The notes below the pieces were generated by a model that saw nothing but the letters and a program-made list of their open reading frames with translations, had not been told where the DNA came from and made no database searches. From NCBI GenBank assembly GCA_964493635.1, contig CAZBOW010000004.1:47635-98049 (forward strand): a stretch of DNA of 50,415 nt. The letters run 5' to 3'. Of this stretch, positions 26,536-36,463 are shown in pieces. This DNA comes from an uncultured Hyphomicrobiales bacterium (GTDB lineage: Bacteria; Bacteroidota; Ignavibacteria; Kapaibacteriales; Kapaibacteriaceae). The position numbers and the translations under genes are program-made. Each line of letters opens with the position of its first letter. Positions within the stretch are counted from its first letter, which is position 1.

Positions 26536-27121
26536 TCAACCTCGTCAACCTCATCAACCTCGTCCGCCAGGTCGAAAAGCCCTGTTCCTCGATCGAGATG
26601 GTGTGCTCAACGAGCGCATTGTCGGCGGATATGTTCGTACCATCGACGAATTCGTTCTCCAGAGCGACATCCTGCCGGTTCTGCGAGGCGCCCACGATCG
26701 TGGCTACCTCCTCATCCTGATCACCAATCAGCAGGGGGTTGGTAAGGGGCTGATGTCGCGTGAGGATCTCGATGCGGTGCACCAGCATCTGCAGACGCTG
26801 CTCATGGATCGCATTGGCTGTGCCCTCGATGCGATCTACGATTGCACGTCGCTGGCCTCCGACGGTGATCCTCGGAGAAAGCCGCAACCTGGTATGCTCC
26901 TCGAGGCGATCGCAAACCACAGCATCGACGCCGCAGCCAGCATATTCCTGGGCGACAGCGCCACGGATGTCCTTGCCGGTGCGGCTGCAGGAGTGCGAAC
27001 CATCCTCTACCAGCCGAACGGACCGGAGCCAACGTCCGTAACACCGGACTACTGTGTGTCGCACCTCCATGACGTGCTCCGTTTTTTGGATGGTAGCACT
27101 GAACGCTTGCCCAGTTCCTGA
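26516..27121 (+). CDS. gmhB: HAD-IIIA phosphatase, GmhB-like (D,D-heptose 1,7-bisphosphate phosphatase family)
   Basis: ATG 26516 follows GGGGAG and overlaps the GT4 3' end by 20 nt. HAD motifs: FLDRDGVLN (motif I), ITNQQGVGKG (motif II), RKPQPGML and LGDSATDVLAG (motifs III/IV). Confidence 0.7.
   Translation: MITSEHNQPRQPHQPRPPGRKALFLDRDGVLNERIVGGYVRTIDEFVLQSDILPVLRGAHDRGYLLILITNQQGVGKGLMSREDLDAVHQHLQTLLMDRIGCALDAIYDCTSLASDGDPRRKPQPGMLLEAIANHSIDAAASIFLGDSATDVLAGAAAGVRTILYQPNGPEPTSVTPDYCVSHLHDVLRFLDGSTERLPSS
26537..26563 (+). repeat. In-frame 9-bp tandem repeat x3 at the 5' end of the phosphatase gene
   Basis: caacctcgt / caacctcat / caacctcgt, encoding QPR-QPH-QPR. Confidence 0.8.
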
Positions 27122-27135
27122 CCCTTCGTAGTTTT

Positions 27136-27168
27136 GTGACCACCGGTAGAGAAATGACCGGTAGTCAC
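27136..27168 (+). promoter_or_regulatory. Operator-like inverted repeat upstream of the efflux operon (candidate TetR site)
   Basis: GTGACCACCGGT (27136-27147), a 9-nt spacer, then ACCGGTAGTCAC (27157-27168). 11 of 12 arm positions are complementary. It ends 23 nt before the tolC ATG, in the 69-nt spacer after gmhB. Confidence 0.45.
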
Positions 27169-27190
27169 ATCACGATGCCGAAGTGAAAGG

Positions 27191-28603
27191 ATGCCAATGA
27201 CGATGGTGTATGCGCTCGTTCCTGGGTTCGTTACTGCGTTCAACCTAGGATCCAGAACAGGATGGCGGAACATCGTTCTGCTGATCGTTCTGTTGGGAAG
27301 TACTACCGCTATGGGCTACGGACAACGTCGGACGTTGTCGATACGCGATGCCGTTCACATCGCCATCAAGCAGAATAAGGATCTCGAGGTTGCACGGTTG
27401 GGTATCCAGAAGGCCGATGCACAGGTCTTGGAAGCACGGGGCAACGCCTTGCCCTCGCTGAACGTCGGAGCCCAGTACAACCGGAACATCAAGGTACCGG
27501 TGTTCTTCATTCCGAATTTCCAGGATCCGTCAGCAGGACTGCAAGCGGTGGAGGCAGGCCTGGCCAACTCCTATAGTGTGTCGGCGTCGGCCTCACAGGT
27601 GCTGTTTAATGCAGCGGTGTTTCGAGGCATTGGTGCCTCCCGCATCTATGCCGATGCGGCCCGCGAGCAGTACCGTTCCACGGCAGCTGGTGTTGTGACC
27701 GAAACACTGCGCCGATATTATGGGGCATTGGCCGCCAAGGAGTTTGTGACGATCGCCGAGTCGACGCTCAACAACGCTGAACAGAACTACGCTACCGTCG
27801 ACGCCCTCTTTGGTGAGGGCCTCGTTGCCGAATTTGATCACATTCGCGCGCGCGTGGCCGTGGATAATATCCGACCACAGGTAACGCAAGCTCGGGCTGC
27901 CTATGCCACGGCAACGGCGGCACTGTTGACCTATCTCTCCATGAATATCGCCGATAGCGTGGACCTGTCCCCGGACGGCCTCGCCGATCCAACGGCCGTC
28001 GCCAACGAATCGGATGCCATCCAGCAGGCCCTTGCTAACAACTACTCGATCCAAGCACTTGAGATGCAGCTGCAGGTACTCGATGAGCTCGTGGCCCTAA
28101 ATCAGTCGGCATACTACCCAGCACTGACCGCCATTGGTAACTGGCAGAACTTCGGTCAGAGCGCCGGCTTCGACTCCTGGTTGAGCGCCAGCACGGCCTT
28201 TGTAGGGGTCAATCTGAGCTTCAATGTGTTCAACGGTTTTCAAACCATGGCAAAGGTCGAGCAGGCAACAGCCGACTACCTCCAAGCCGAACAGCAGCTG
28301 GAAAACCTCAAGAACGTGATCCAACTTCAGGTGCGGGCATCGATCAATGATCTCCAGTCGGCACTGGAACGTATTACGGCCCAGCAATCGACAGTCGAGC
28401 AAGCCCAGCGTGGATTCGACATTGCACGCATTCGCTATACCGAGGGTACGGGCAGCCTGCTGGAGATCAACGACGCAGAGACGGCTCTAGCACGGGCACG
28501 CGTCAACAGGCTGCAAGCTCTCTACGACTACTACCTGGCGCGAGCACAGTACGACCTGGTGACCGGCTCCATTAGCGAAGAACTTCTGTCGGTGGCGGAG
28601 TAA
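27191..28603 (+). CDS. TolC-family outer-membrane efflux protein
   Basis: 470 aa with a signal-like N-terminus. It has the OEP-type repeat structure (SIRDAVHIAIKQNKDLEVARLGIQKADAQVLEARG...; second repeat ...LQSALERITAQQSTVEQAQRGFDIARIRYTEGTGSLLEINDAE). ATG 27197 or 27203 are alternative starts. Confidence 0.85.
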   Translation: MPMTMVYALVPGFVTAFNLGSRTGWRNIVLLIVLLGSTTAMGYGQRRTLSIRDAVHIAIKQNKDLEVARLGIQKADAQVLEARGNALPSLNVGAQYNRNIKVPVFFIPNFQDPSAGLQAVEAGLANSYSVSASASQVLFNAAVFRGIGASRIYADAAREQYRSTAAGVVTETLRRYYGALAAKEFVTIAESTLNNAEQNYATVDALFGEGLVAEFDHIRARVAVDNIRPQVTQARAAYATATAALLTYLSMNIADSVDLSPDGLADPTAVANESDAIQQALANNYSIQALEMQLQVLDELVALNQSAYYPALTAIGNWQNFGQSAGFDSWLSASTAFVGVNLSFNVFNGFQTMAKVEQATADYLQAEQQLENLKNVIQLQVRASINDLQSALERITAQQSTVEQAQRGFDIARIRYTEGTGSLLEINDAETALARARVNRLQALYDYYLARAQYDLVTGSISEELLSVAE

Positions 28604-28608
28604 CAGCG

Positions 28609-29289
28609 GTGGGTGTCCAAGAACGAAAAGAACGCGAGCGCGAGCAGCGACGGCACGATATTCTCGAGTCGGCCCGCCATCTGTTTATCGAGCATGGCAT
28701 TCAGCACGTCTCGATGGAGAAGATTGCTGCCGATGCTGAGCTGGCCAAAGGAACCTTGTACCTCTACTTCAGGAATCGCGACGAGTTGCTGATGGCTCTG
28801 GTCTCCGAGGAGATGGAAGTTCTCGTAGACCAACTCGAGCGTGTTGCAGCATCCAAGCATCGTGCTGATCGCAAGATTCTTCGGGGAGTGGAGGCCTTCT
28901 ACTCCTTTGCCACGGAACATGAGCTATTCTATCAGGTGATGACACAAGTAAATGTCCAGAGCATGATCGAAGGGGCAGCTGCTGATGGTGGCCTCGCCGA
29001 AGTCGGCGAGCGATTCCATGCACTCAACCAGCGAATGTTCGCCGTGATGACGACGATCCTTCAGCAGGGAATTGATGCTGGGCTGTTCTTCCTGACGTCA
29101 CCCATCGAACATGTGGTGATGCAGTTTTTGCTTACGCTCAAAGGAACGGTCGTAATCCTGCGCAACGGCATGCTACCGCCCCTCTGGCCATCGATCAACC
29201 TCCACGATATTCTCCTGGATCAGGCTCGGATGTTTGTGCGAGCACTGTCGCACGATCCCCGACAAACCGAACACAACAACGAACATTGA
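28609..29289 (+). CDS. TetR/AcrR-family transcriptional regulator
   Basis: GTG start 5 nt after the tolC stop. The N-terminal HTH is ILESARHLFIEHGIQHVSMEKIAADAELAKGTLYLYFRNRDEL. Confidence 0.9.
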   Translation: MGVQERKEREREQRRHDILESARHLFIEHGIQHVSMEKIAADAELAKGTLYLYFRNRDELLMALVSEEMEVLVDQLERVAASKHRADRKILRGVEAFYSFATEHELFYQVMTQVNVQSMIEGAAADGGLAEVGERFHALNQRMFAVMTTILQQGIDAGLFFLTSPIEHVVMQFLLTLKGTVVILRNGMLPPLWPSINLHDILLDQARMFVRALSHDPRQTEHNNEH

Positions 29290-29306
29290 ATTTCACAGGA
29301 ACATTC

Positions 29307-30455
29307 ATGCGGACCATTATTTCTGCCCACACCGTCCTTACTCTGGCAGCCATTGGCTTCCTGGGCGCCTGTTCTCCGTCGTCCGATCAGGGTGCCGAGT
29401 CTGTTGCCGAAAAATCCCTGGAGCAACTCCGTGCCGAGCGGGTTGAACTCGACCAGCGCATAGCTGCCCTTGAGGCCGCTCAGGGCTCGCAGGATGGCTC
29501 ATCGACTTCCATACCTGTTACCACGATCACCACTCAGGAGGCCCCCTTCCATCACGTGGTAAGCGTCCAGGGTATGGTGGACTCTCGCAGTACGATCTCC
29601 GTAGCACCGCAAATGGGCGGTCGGATCGTAGCACTCAAGGTGGCTAACGGCAGTGTGGTGAAGAAAGGCGACGTCCTGCTGGAGTTAGATGCCGAGATGC
29701 TGCGTAGTACGATTGCCGAGGTGGAGACGCAGCTGGAGTTTGCCACGACGCTCTTCGTAAAGCAAGAGCGCATCTACCAGCAGAAAGCAGGGAGCGAAGT
29801 ACAGTACCTGCAAGCAAAGGCAAACAAGGAGTCGCTTGAGCGCCGACGCGACGTGTTACGTGAGCAGTTGGCCCTGATGCGTGTGACGGCACCAACGAGC
29901 GGTGTGGTGGATAACGTTACGGTATCGGTCGGAGAGATGGCCATGCCGGGAATGCCGGTGCTCACGATTGTGAACACCACCGACATGCGAGTGGTTGTGG
30001 ATCTTGCGGAGGCCTATCTGCAAACGATCGGTCGGGGAGATGCCGTTCGCATCCTGGTGCCCGATCTGATGTACGAGTTCCGTAGTACAATCGATCACGT
30101 GGCACGTGTCCTGAATACCGTCAGCCGAACCTTCCGCGTAGAAGTACCGCTTCGTAACGTGCCACCGCGATTGCTGCCGAACACCACAGCGCTGGTAGAG
30201 ATCACCGATCAGACCATACCCAAGGCAATCAGTGTTCCCCTTACAGCTGTGCTACAAACCAATGGTGAGAGCTATGTGTATGTGGTCGGCCTCGATAACC
30301 GGGTTGAGAAGCGCATTGTGAGTATGGGGCTGGTTGCCGGAGAGTTGGTTCAGATTACGCAGGGCCTGGCTGCCAACGAACGTGTCGTGGTTCGGGGTAA
30401 CCAAGACGTATCGCCCGGTTCCATTGTTCGGATCATCGACCCTTCAACCAACTAA
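29307..30455 (+). CDS. RND efflux periplasmic adaptor (membrane fusion protein, HlyD family), lipoprotein
   Basis: ATG 29307 gives MRTIISAHTVLTLAAIGFLGAC, a lipobox signal. It has a coiled-coil hairpin region and the lipoyl-like motif GDVLLELD; later ...TAPTSGVVDNVTVSVGEM. Confidence 0.9.
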   Translation: MRTIISAHTVLTLAAIGFLGACSPSSDQGAESVAEKSLEQLRAERVELDQRIAALEAAQGSQDGSSTSIPVTTITTQEAPFHHVVSVQGMVDSRSTISVAPQMGGRIVALKVANGSVVKKGDVLLELDAEMLRSTIAEVETQLEFATTLFVKQERIYQQKAGSEVQYLQAKANKESLERRRDVLREQLALMRVTAPTSGVVDNVTVSVGEMAMPGMPVLTIVNTTDMRVVVDLAEAYLQTIGRGDAVRILVPDLMYEFRSTIDHVARVLNTVSRTFRVEVPLRNVPPRLLPNTTALVEITDQTIPKAISVPLTAVLQTNGESYVYVVGLDNRVEKRIVSMGLVAGELVQITQGLAANERVVVRGNQDVSPGSIVRIIDPSTN

Positions 30456-30469
30456 GACACGCAGCGCAT

Positions 30470-33400
30470 ATGTCGAATCATCGATCGTTTCCCATTACGG
30501 CCTGGGCCGTTGAGAACAAGACCACCATCTATGTTCTGACCGTCCTGATCTTCATCATCGGAGCGCTTACGTACGTGCGCTTGCCGAAGGAGCAGTTCCC
30601 GGACATCGTTGTTCCGACGGTTCTCGTGACGACGATCAACGCTGGCACGTCGCCGGTAGATATGGAGAACCTGGTCACGCGCCAGATCGAAAAACAGATC
30701 AAGTCGGTTGCCGACGTCAAGAAAGTCACGAGTCAGTCCCTGCAGGATGCATCCGTGATCGTGGTGGAGTTTACCACCACCATCACGCCAACGGAAGCCA
30801 AGCAGCGGGTTAACGATGCCGTCGACCGTGCCAAAGGCGACTTACCGACGGACCTCACCAAGGGCCCGGACGTTGCGGAGATTGACTTCTCCGAGTTTCC
30901 AATCATGTTCGTCAACATCGCCGGCGACGTTGGTCTTGATCGGTTAAAGGTGTATGCCGACGAACTTCAGGACCGTATCGAGTCGCTCACTGAAATCCGT
31001 CGTGTGGACATCATCGGTGCACTGGAGAAAGAGGTGCGGGTTGATCTGGATCCTTACCGCATGCAGGCGCTTGGCATCTCGTTTGGCGACGTTGCATCGG
31101 CAATCCGCAATGAGAATCTCAACGTATCGGGTGGCGAGTTGGTGGTAGGGGGCGTTCGGCGGAACGTGCAGTTGAGCGGGGAGTTCCGCACAGCGAATGA
31201 TGTGGCGAACGTGATTGTTCGTGGCGGACGGGGAAATGCCGTGTACCTGCGGGATGTAGCGACGGTTGTTGAAACCAGCAAGGAGCAGCAATCATTTGCG
31301 CGGTTGGATGGTAAGCCCGTTGTGACGCTTTCGGTCCTGAAGAAATCTGGTGAAAACCTGATTGATGCCTCAGATAAGATTCAGGAGATTGTTGCCGAGT
31401 ATCAACGCACGCAACTGCCGGGCGATGTGTCGATTGTAACAACGAACGACATGTCCATTGCAACGCGTACCAACATCGCCGATCTGGTCAACTCGATCAT
31501 TATTGGTTTCATCCTCGTTACCATCGTTCTGATGTTCTTCATGGGAGTGCAGAACGCCCTGTTTGTAGGTCTGGCTACACCGTTGTCGTCGTTCTTAGCC
31601 TTCATGGTGCTGCCAGGGTTGGACTTTACCTTCAACGTGGTGGTGACGTTTGCCTTCCTGTTGGCCCTTGGCATCATCGTGGACGATGCCATCGTCGTGG
31701 TGGAGAACACACACCGTATTCACACCAAGGAGGGAATCGACGTCAAAACCGCCGCGAAGCATGCTGCTGCCGAAGTATTCGGTCCGGTGGTTGCCGGTAC
31801 CTTGACAACGCTGGCTCCGTTCTTTCCGCTGTTGTTCTGGCCTGGTCTGGTCGGGGAGTTCATGGTGTATTTGCCGGCCGTGTTGATCGTAACGCTTACG
31901 GCCTCGCTTGTGGTAGCCTACATCATCAACCCCGTCTTTGCCGTGGACTTCATGGACCGCACTCCGACTCCACTGCGCGGGCCAAAACTTGTCTTCTTTG
32001 GTAGCCTCGTTGGGGTGATCATTGGCATTGGACTGGTGACCGGTGCCATCTGGCTGGTAACATTCGTGGTACTGAACGTCCTGTTCTTCGTGGCCAACCG
32101 CGTGTTCATCACTCCACGACTGATCCTTCCGTTCCAGCAAAAGCTGCTACCATGGATTATGGATCGATACCGGGCCACGCTTCGCTTTGTGCTGCAGGGG
32201 GCTCGTCCACACGCGTTGATCGTGGGCATGACGCTGCTCCTGGTAGCAACGGTCGTCCTAACGGCACTGTTCGGAACCTCGCCAACGTTCTTCCCGTCGG
32301 GCGAGCCGAACTATGCCTACGTCTACATCAAAACACCGATCGGTACCGACGCAACAGTAACGGACAGCCTCACGCGGGTGGTCGAGGCGCGCGTTCGGAC
32401 TATTCTGGGCGATAACAACCCGGACGTTAGTACCGTGGTAGCCAACGTTGGCATTGGTGCCGGCGATCCACGAAACCCCGATCGAAACGTAACACCGCAT
32501 AAAGGGAAGGTGACCGTAGCCTTCAAGCCCTATGCCGAGCGTGGGAACCCACGAACCAGCCGATACCTCACCCAATTCCGTGATGCCGTCACGGACATTC
32601 CCGGTGTTGAAATCGTTGTGGAACAGGAGGCGAACGGACCGCCCCAAGGAAAGGATGTCAACATCGAAGTTGCGGGTGACAACTTTCAGGAGCTCACGCG
32701 CATTGCCGAACGCGTATCATCGCTCATCACGGACTCCCTTCGCATTCCAGGTATTGAACGCTTAAAGAGCGACCTCGAGCAGAACAAGCCGGAAGTGACC
32801 ATTGTGGTGGATCGGGAGAAAGCCAGCGCCGAGGGCATATCGTCCGGTCAGATTGGCATGGCCATCCGCAGCGCACTCTATGGCACCGAAGCCAGTAAAC
32901 TGCGGGTTGGTGAAGAGGAGTATCCCATTCAGGTTCGCGTTGATGAGTCGTTACGCGACGACCTGTCATCCATGCTGAGTCTGCCGATTACCTACCGAGA
33001 GATGAGCTCTGGGAAGTTCCGTCAGGTACCGATCGCTTCGGTAGCCAAGGTGCAGTATTCGGCTACCTACGCGGGGATCAACCGAAAAAATCAGCAACGG
33101 GTGGTCACGCTGTCGTCCAACGTTCTCAAAGAGCAGGGCTACAACCCTACCGATGTCAACCGACAGATACAGCAGGCCGTGAGCACTCTCAACCTGCCAG
33201 AGGGATATACCGTGCGCTTGACGGGCGCACAGGAGGAACAGCAGGAAGCGGCTGACTTCCTATCGTTTGCCTTCCTCATTGCGGCGATGATTATTCTGCT
33301 GATCATGGTCATGCAGTTCAACTCTGTGATCAAGCCCTTGCTCATCATGAGTACGGTGCTCTTCAGCGTGATTGGTGTGTTGCTGGGATTCACCGTGTTT

Positions 33401-33853
33401 CAACTGACGTTCTCCGTGGTGATCACCGGTGTTGGCATCGTTGCCCTCGGGGGTATTGTTGTGCGCAATGGTATCGTGCTGGTTGATTTCACCGACGAAC
33501 TCCTCTCGCAGGGCTGGCGCACGCGGGCTGCACTGATCGAGGGTGGCGCTATTCGTTTCAATCCGGTGTTCCTCACGGCAGCCTCCACCATCCTTGGGTT
33601 GGTACCCTTGGCGATTGGATTCAACCTAGACTTCCTTGCCTTGCTGGAACTGCGTAATCCGCACATTCACATCGGTTCGGACTCGGTGGCCTTCTGGGGA
33701 CCACTTGCCTGGGCGATCATCTTTGGCTTGAGCTTCTCAACGTTCTTGACCCTCGTGATGATGCCCAGTATCTACTACGTGTACCTCGTTGAGCGCCTCC
33801 GCCTGCGCCGGCTTACTTCTCGGTGGTTTGGGCCGAGTCGGGCACGAAGTTGA
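30470..33853 (+). CDS. RND-family efflux transporter permease (AcrB/HAE-type)
   Basis: 1127 aa with the 12-TM, two-large-loop architecture. The N-terminus [34 protein letters not shown] is typical of RND pumps, as are the conserved TM4 region [17 protein letters not shown] and TM10 region [17 protein letters not shown]. Confidence 0.95.
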   Translation: MSNHRSFPITAWAVENKTTIYVLTVLIFIIGALTYVRLPKEQFPDIVVPTVLVTTINAGTSPVDMENLVTRQIEKQIKSVADVKKVTSQSLQDASVIVVEFTTTITPTEAKQRVNDAVDRAKGDLPTDLTKGPDVAEIDFSEFPIMFVNIAGDVGLDRLKVYADELQDRIESLTEIRRVDIIGALEKEVRVDLDPYRMQALGISFGDVASAIRNENLNVSGGELVVGGVRRNVQLSGEFRTANDVANVIVRGGRGNAVYLRDVATVVETSKEQQSFARLDGKPVVTLSVLKKSGENLIDASDKIQEIVAEYQRTQLPGDVSIVTTNDMSIATRTNIADLVNSIIIGFILVTIVLMFFMGVQNALFVGLATPLSSFLAFMVLPGLDFTFNVVVTFAFLLALGIIVDDAIVVVENTHRIHTKEGIDVKTAAKHAAAEVFGPVVAGTLTTLAPFFPLLFWPGLVGEFMVYLPAVLIVTLTASLVVAYIINPVFAVDFMDRTPTPLRGPKLVFFGSLVGVIIGIGLVTGAIWLVTFVVLNVLFFVANRVFITPRLILPFQQKLLPWIMDRYRATLRFVLQGARPHALIVGMTLLLVATVVLTALFGTSPTFFPSGEPNYAYVYIKTPIGTDATVTDSLTRVVEARVRTILGDNNPDVSTVVANVGIGAGDPRNPDRNVTPHKGKVTVAFKPYAERGNPRTSRYLTQFRDAVTDIPGVEIVVEQEANGPPQGKDVNIEVAGDNFQELTRIAERVSSLITDSLRIPGIERLKSDLEQNKPEVTIVVDREKASAEGISSGQIGMAIRSALYGTEASKLRVGEEEYPIQVRVDESLRDDLSSMLSLPITYREMSSGKFRQVPIASVAKVQYSATYAGINRKNQQRVVTLSSNVLKEQGYNPTDVNRQIQQAVSTLNLPEGYTVRLTGAQEEQQEAADFLSFAFLIAAMIILLIMVMQFNSVIKPLLIMSTVLFSVIGVLLGFTVFQLTFSVVITGVGIVALGGIVVRNGIVLVDFTDELLSQGWRTRAALIEGGAIRFNPVFLTAASTILGLVPLAIGFNLDFLALLELRNPHIHIGSDSVAFWGPLAWAIIFGLSFSTFLTLVMMPSIYYVYLVERLRLRRLTSRWFGPSRARS

Positions 33854-34226
33854 TCGATGCAGAGTTGACGCAGTACCGCAAGCCGGTGGGTAGGGGGCCA
33901 TCGTCGAACACGTGTCCGAGGTGGCCACCGCAGGTGGCACACATGATTTCGGTACGGACCATTCCGTGGGAGTAGTCCGGAGCGGTCTTAATGGCGCCAC
34001 TATCGATGGCATCGAAGTAGCTCGGCCAGCCACAGTGGGAGTCATACTTCTGCGTGCTGGAGAATAGCACGGAGCCACAGCCTTTACAGGTGTAGGTGCC
34101 GTCGTCATGGTGGTCCCAATACTGTCCCGTGTAGGCACGCTCCGTACCTTTTTCCCGGAGAATGTGGTATTCTTCCGGCGTTAGGCGTTCTTTCCATTCA
34201 GCTTCTGTTGTTGGGACGGTGTTCAT
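33813..34226 (-). CDS. msrB: Peptide-methionine (R)-S-oxide reductase MsrB
   Basis: 137 aa from ATG 34226, with GGAGAG 7 nt upstream. It has two CxxC zinc motifs ([16 protein letters not shown]), GWPSYF, and catalytic RYCVNS. An in-frame upstream ATG at 34346 would add a lipoprotein-type signal (see findings). Confidence 0.85.
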   Translation of the reverse strand: MNTVPTTEAEWKERLTPEEYHILREKGTERAYTGQYWDHHDDGTYTCKGCGSVLFSSTQKYDSHCGWPSYFDAIDSGAIKTAPDYSHGMVRTEIMCATCGGHLGHVFDDGPLPTGLRYCVNSASINFVPDSAQTTEK

Positions 34227-34326
34227 GGTATCTCTCCGAGGGTGACGAGGAACATCTGTGCTATCGGTGCTTGAACAGGCTCCGAGGAGCAGGCCGGCAC
34301 CAACGACGGATGGAGAAAGTAACAGA

Positions 34327-34917
34327 ATGAATCGAAGTATCGACATGTGGCGCTCGTGGCTGGTTAATGCACTAACAACATACCGGCACCGATATCCGGC
34401 CGAATCTACAACGATCGAAGCGATGCTGGAGTTCATTATGGACGAACCTGGCTGCTTTGACCGCTCCACTATCAAGGGGCACCTGACGGGGTCGGCCTGG
34501 CTGGTTGATCCCGAACACCAGTCCGTGCTTCTCACCCACCATCGGAAGCTGAATCGGTGGCTTCAGCTGGGAGGCCATGCCGATGGAGAGGGGAATCTGC
34601 TGGCCGTAGCCCTAACGGAAGCCAGGGAAGAGTCGGGAATCAACCACGTTGTGCCCATTAGCGCCGAGATCTTCGATGTGGACATCCACACCATTCCGGC
34701 ACGTGAAGACGATCCGGAACATCTTCACTTCGATGTACGTTTCTTGGTGCAGGCGATGCATACGCAGCACGTTGTCAGCGACGAGTCGCATGATCTTGCC
34801 TGGGTTCACGTCAACGCCATCGACGAGTACACCACGGAGCCGTCCATGCAACGTATGGCGATGAAGTGGCGCCACCTTCTTGGGAGTTCCTACGATGACC
34901 AACGCCCCGGCAGATAA
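34327..34917 (+). CDS. NUDIX-family hydrolase
   Basis: First ATG is at 34327, with GGAG 11 nt upstream; the ORF track start at 34258 is GTG. The Nudix-box-like segment is [25 protein letters not shown], followed by FDVDIHTIP and HFDVRF. Confidence 0.75.
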   Translation: MNRSIDMWRSWLVNALTTYRHRYPAESTTIEAMLEFIMDEPGCFDRSTIKGHLTGSAWLVDPEHQSVLLTHHRKLNRWLQLGGHADGEGNLLAVALTEAREESGINHVVPISAEIFDVDIHTIPAREDDPEHLHFDVRFLVQAMHTQHVVSDESHDLAWVHVNAIDEYTTEPSMQRMAMKWRHLLGSSYDDQRPGR

Positions 34918-35398
34918 ACTGGAGATGAAACAGGCGAAGAAACCACAGTATCGGTATTCGCGCTCGGTTGTGATCAACGCACCGATCGACGATGTTTTCC
35001 ATTTCCACGACAACACCGACAATCTCCTGAAGATTACGCCACCGTCCATCAAGGTGGCCATCGAGAGTCGTGGCACGCCAGGATTGGGATATGAGGTCCG
35101 CCTTCGTGTGCGCCAGTTCGGTGTGATGACGATGAACTGGCATGTGAGAATCACGGAGTATGTGGCACCGACGCGCATGGTCGACGAACAAGTCCACGGA
35201 CCCTTTACGCTGTGGCGCCAAATCCGGGACTTGCGGACGGTGCCGGGCGGCACAGAGCTGTGCGATACGGTCGAGTACTCCGTGCCATTCGGAATCCTTG
35301 GTCGTCTTGCCAACCAGTTGGTGATTCACCGAGAAATCACGCGGATGTTCGCGCACCGACAGCAGGCAACCAAGCAGCTACTCGAGGCTACGGTCTGA
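34895..35398 (+). CDS. SRPBCC-superfamily protein (START/cyclase-dehydrase-like ligand-binding fold)
   Basis: ATG 34895 is preceded by GGGAG and overlaps the Nudix 3' end by 23 nt. The sequence YRYSRSVVINAPIDDVFHFHDNTDNLLKITPP...W...I..Y..P...VDEQVHGPF..W.H.H is typical of the COG4276-like SRPBCC family. Confidence 0.65.
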   Translation: MTNAPADKLEMKQAKKPQYRYSRSVVINAPIDDVFHFHDNTDNLLKITPPSIKVAIESRGTPGLGYEVRLRVRQFGVMTMNWHVRITEYVAPTRMVDEQVHGPFTLWRQIRDLRTVPGGTELCDTVEYSVPFGILGRLANQLVIHREITRMFAHRQQATKQLLEATV

Positions 35399-36463
35399 TT
35401 CAATACGGGCAACGGCCCGTCGGGCATCGTCGACGATCACCCGCAGGTGCTCGGTTGACGGCGACCGCACGGCTGCTTCAATCATCGCCTCCACCACCGG
35501 CTCGATTTCCAGGAGCCGAGGATTGATGGGTAGGTAGACGGACTGACGCAACGTTGTTAAAAACCCTGCATGAAGACTGGTTTGCTGGAATGTTGTGTCG
35601 GTCCACACCTGGCTGCCGATGGGAACACCGGCGTCGGAGATGTTCTGGCAGAACCACCGCGCTTGCGCATAGCTGGCGAGCCAATGGGTGAGGGAATCGG
35701 CGAGAATGCGGTTGGCTGTCGAGCGCGAGATGGCCAGGACATCGGCATTGCGAATGGATCGCAATGGTCGCACATGGGCGCGGAGGGCCCCGGCTCGCGG
35801 AATCATCCACGGACCCGTCCATAGGTAGTGAATCTCACCACGCAACCAGCGATCATCTAACTGTCGGGATGGTTCGGCAATGCCGAAGGCTTGCACCGTG
35901 TCGCGGAGCACGCGTAGTGCACGGATGAGATTGTCATCCATGGTAGCGGAGATCGGCATTCGAAGCATAAAGTCCGGAGCACCAAACTCCCAAAGGAACG
36001 GAAGCGACCGCTTGAGGACGTTGTGCGGATCTTGCACGGCAATGCCAAGTTCAAACCGGTGTGGCGAAGAGGGATGCACCAGCAGGGCCCGACAGTTTTG
36101 CACCCAGAGGCGTCCAGCCCCCTGCACTACGGAGTCATCGGTATGAACTGGGCTACAGGCAGCAAAGACACCGGCACGGTGGAACTCGGCAAACCAATCC
36201 AAACCAAGGTGAACGATGTCGGGTTGCGTTCCGGCATTAAAGGCCAGTTGCAGCTTTTGTTTTCCGTCCGACCACGCCAAGGCCGTTGCCTCGATCTGTA
36301 CGTCTGGATGTTCACGCATGTAGCGCTGCAGAAGTTCATCGAGCACGACCTGCTGCGCCGGTTCCGACCAGAAATGCCAGATGGTGACCACGTGCTTGCT
36401 GTCCGACGTGCAGCCGGCGATGATGCCCAGCGCCAGCAACCACCATTTACCGCGCAACAACAA
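35378..36463 (-). CDS. Family-1 extracellular solute-binding-protein-fold lipoprotein (orphan; no ABC permease or ATPase nearby)
   Basis: There is no in-frame ATG after the PBP2 stop. Three consecutive TTG codons at 36463/36460/36457 give M-LLRGKWWLLALGIIAGC, a lipobox signal. The mature N-terminus HVVTIWHFWSEPAQQVVLDELLQRYMREHPDVQIEATALAWSDGKQKLQLAFNAGTQPDIVHLGLDWFAEF is typical of sugar-type SBPs. The upstream part of listed ORF 35378..36589 lies inside mrdA. Confidence 0.65.
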   Translation of the reverse strand: MLLRGKWWLLALGIIAGCTSDSKHVVTIWHFWSEPAQQVVLDELLQRYMREHPDVQIEATALAWSDGKQKLQLAFNAGTQPDIVHLGLDWFAEFHRAGVFAACSPVHTDDSVVQGAGRLWVQNCRALLVHPSSPHRFELGIAVQDPHNVLKRSLPFLWEFGAPDFMLRMPISATMDDNLIRALRVLRDTVQAFGIAEPSRQLDDRWLRGEIHYLWTGPWMIPRAGALRAHVRPLRSIRNADVLAISRSTANRILADSLTHWLASYAQARWFCQNISDAGVPIGSQVWTDTTFQQTSLHAGFLTTLRQSVYLPINPRLLEIEPVVEAMIEAAVRSPSTEHLRVIVDDARRAVARIESDRSLE

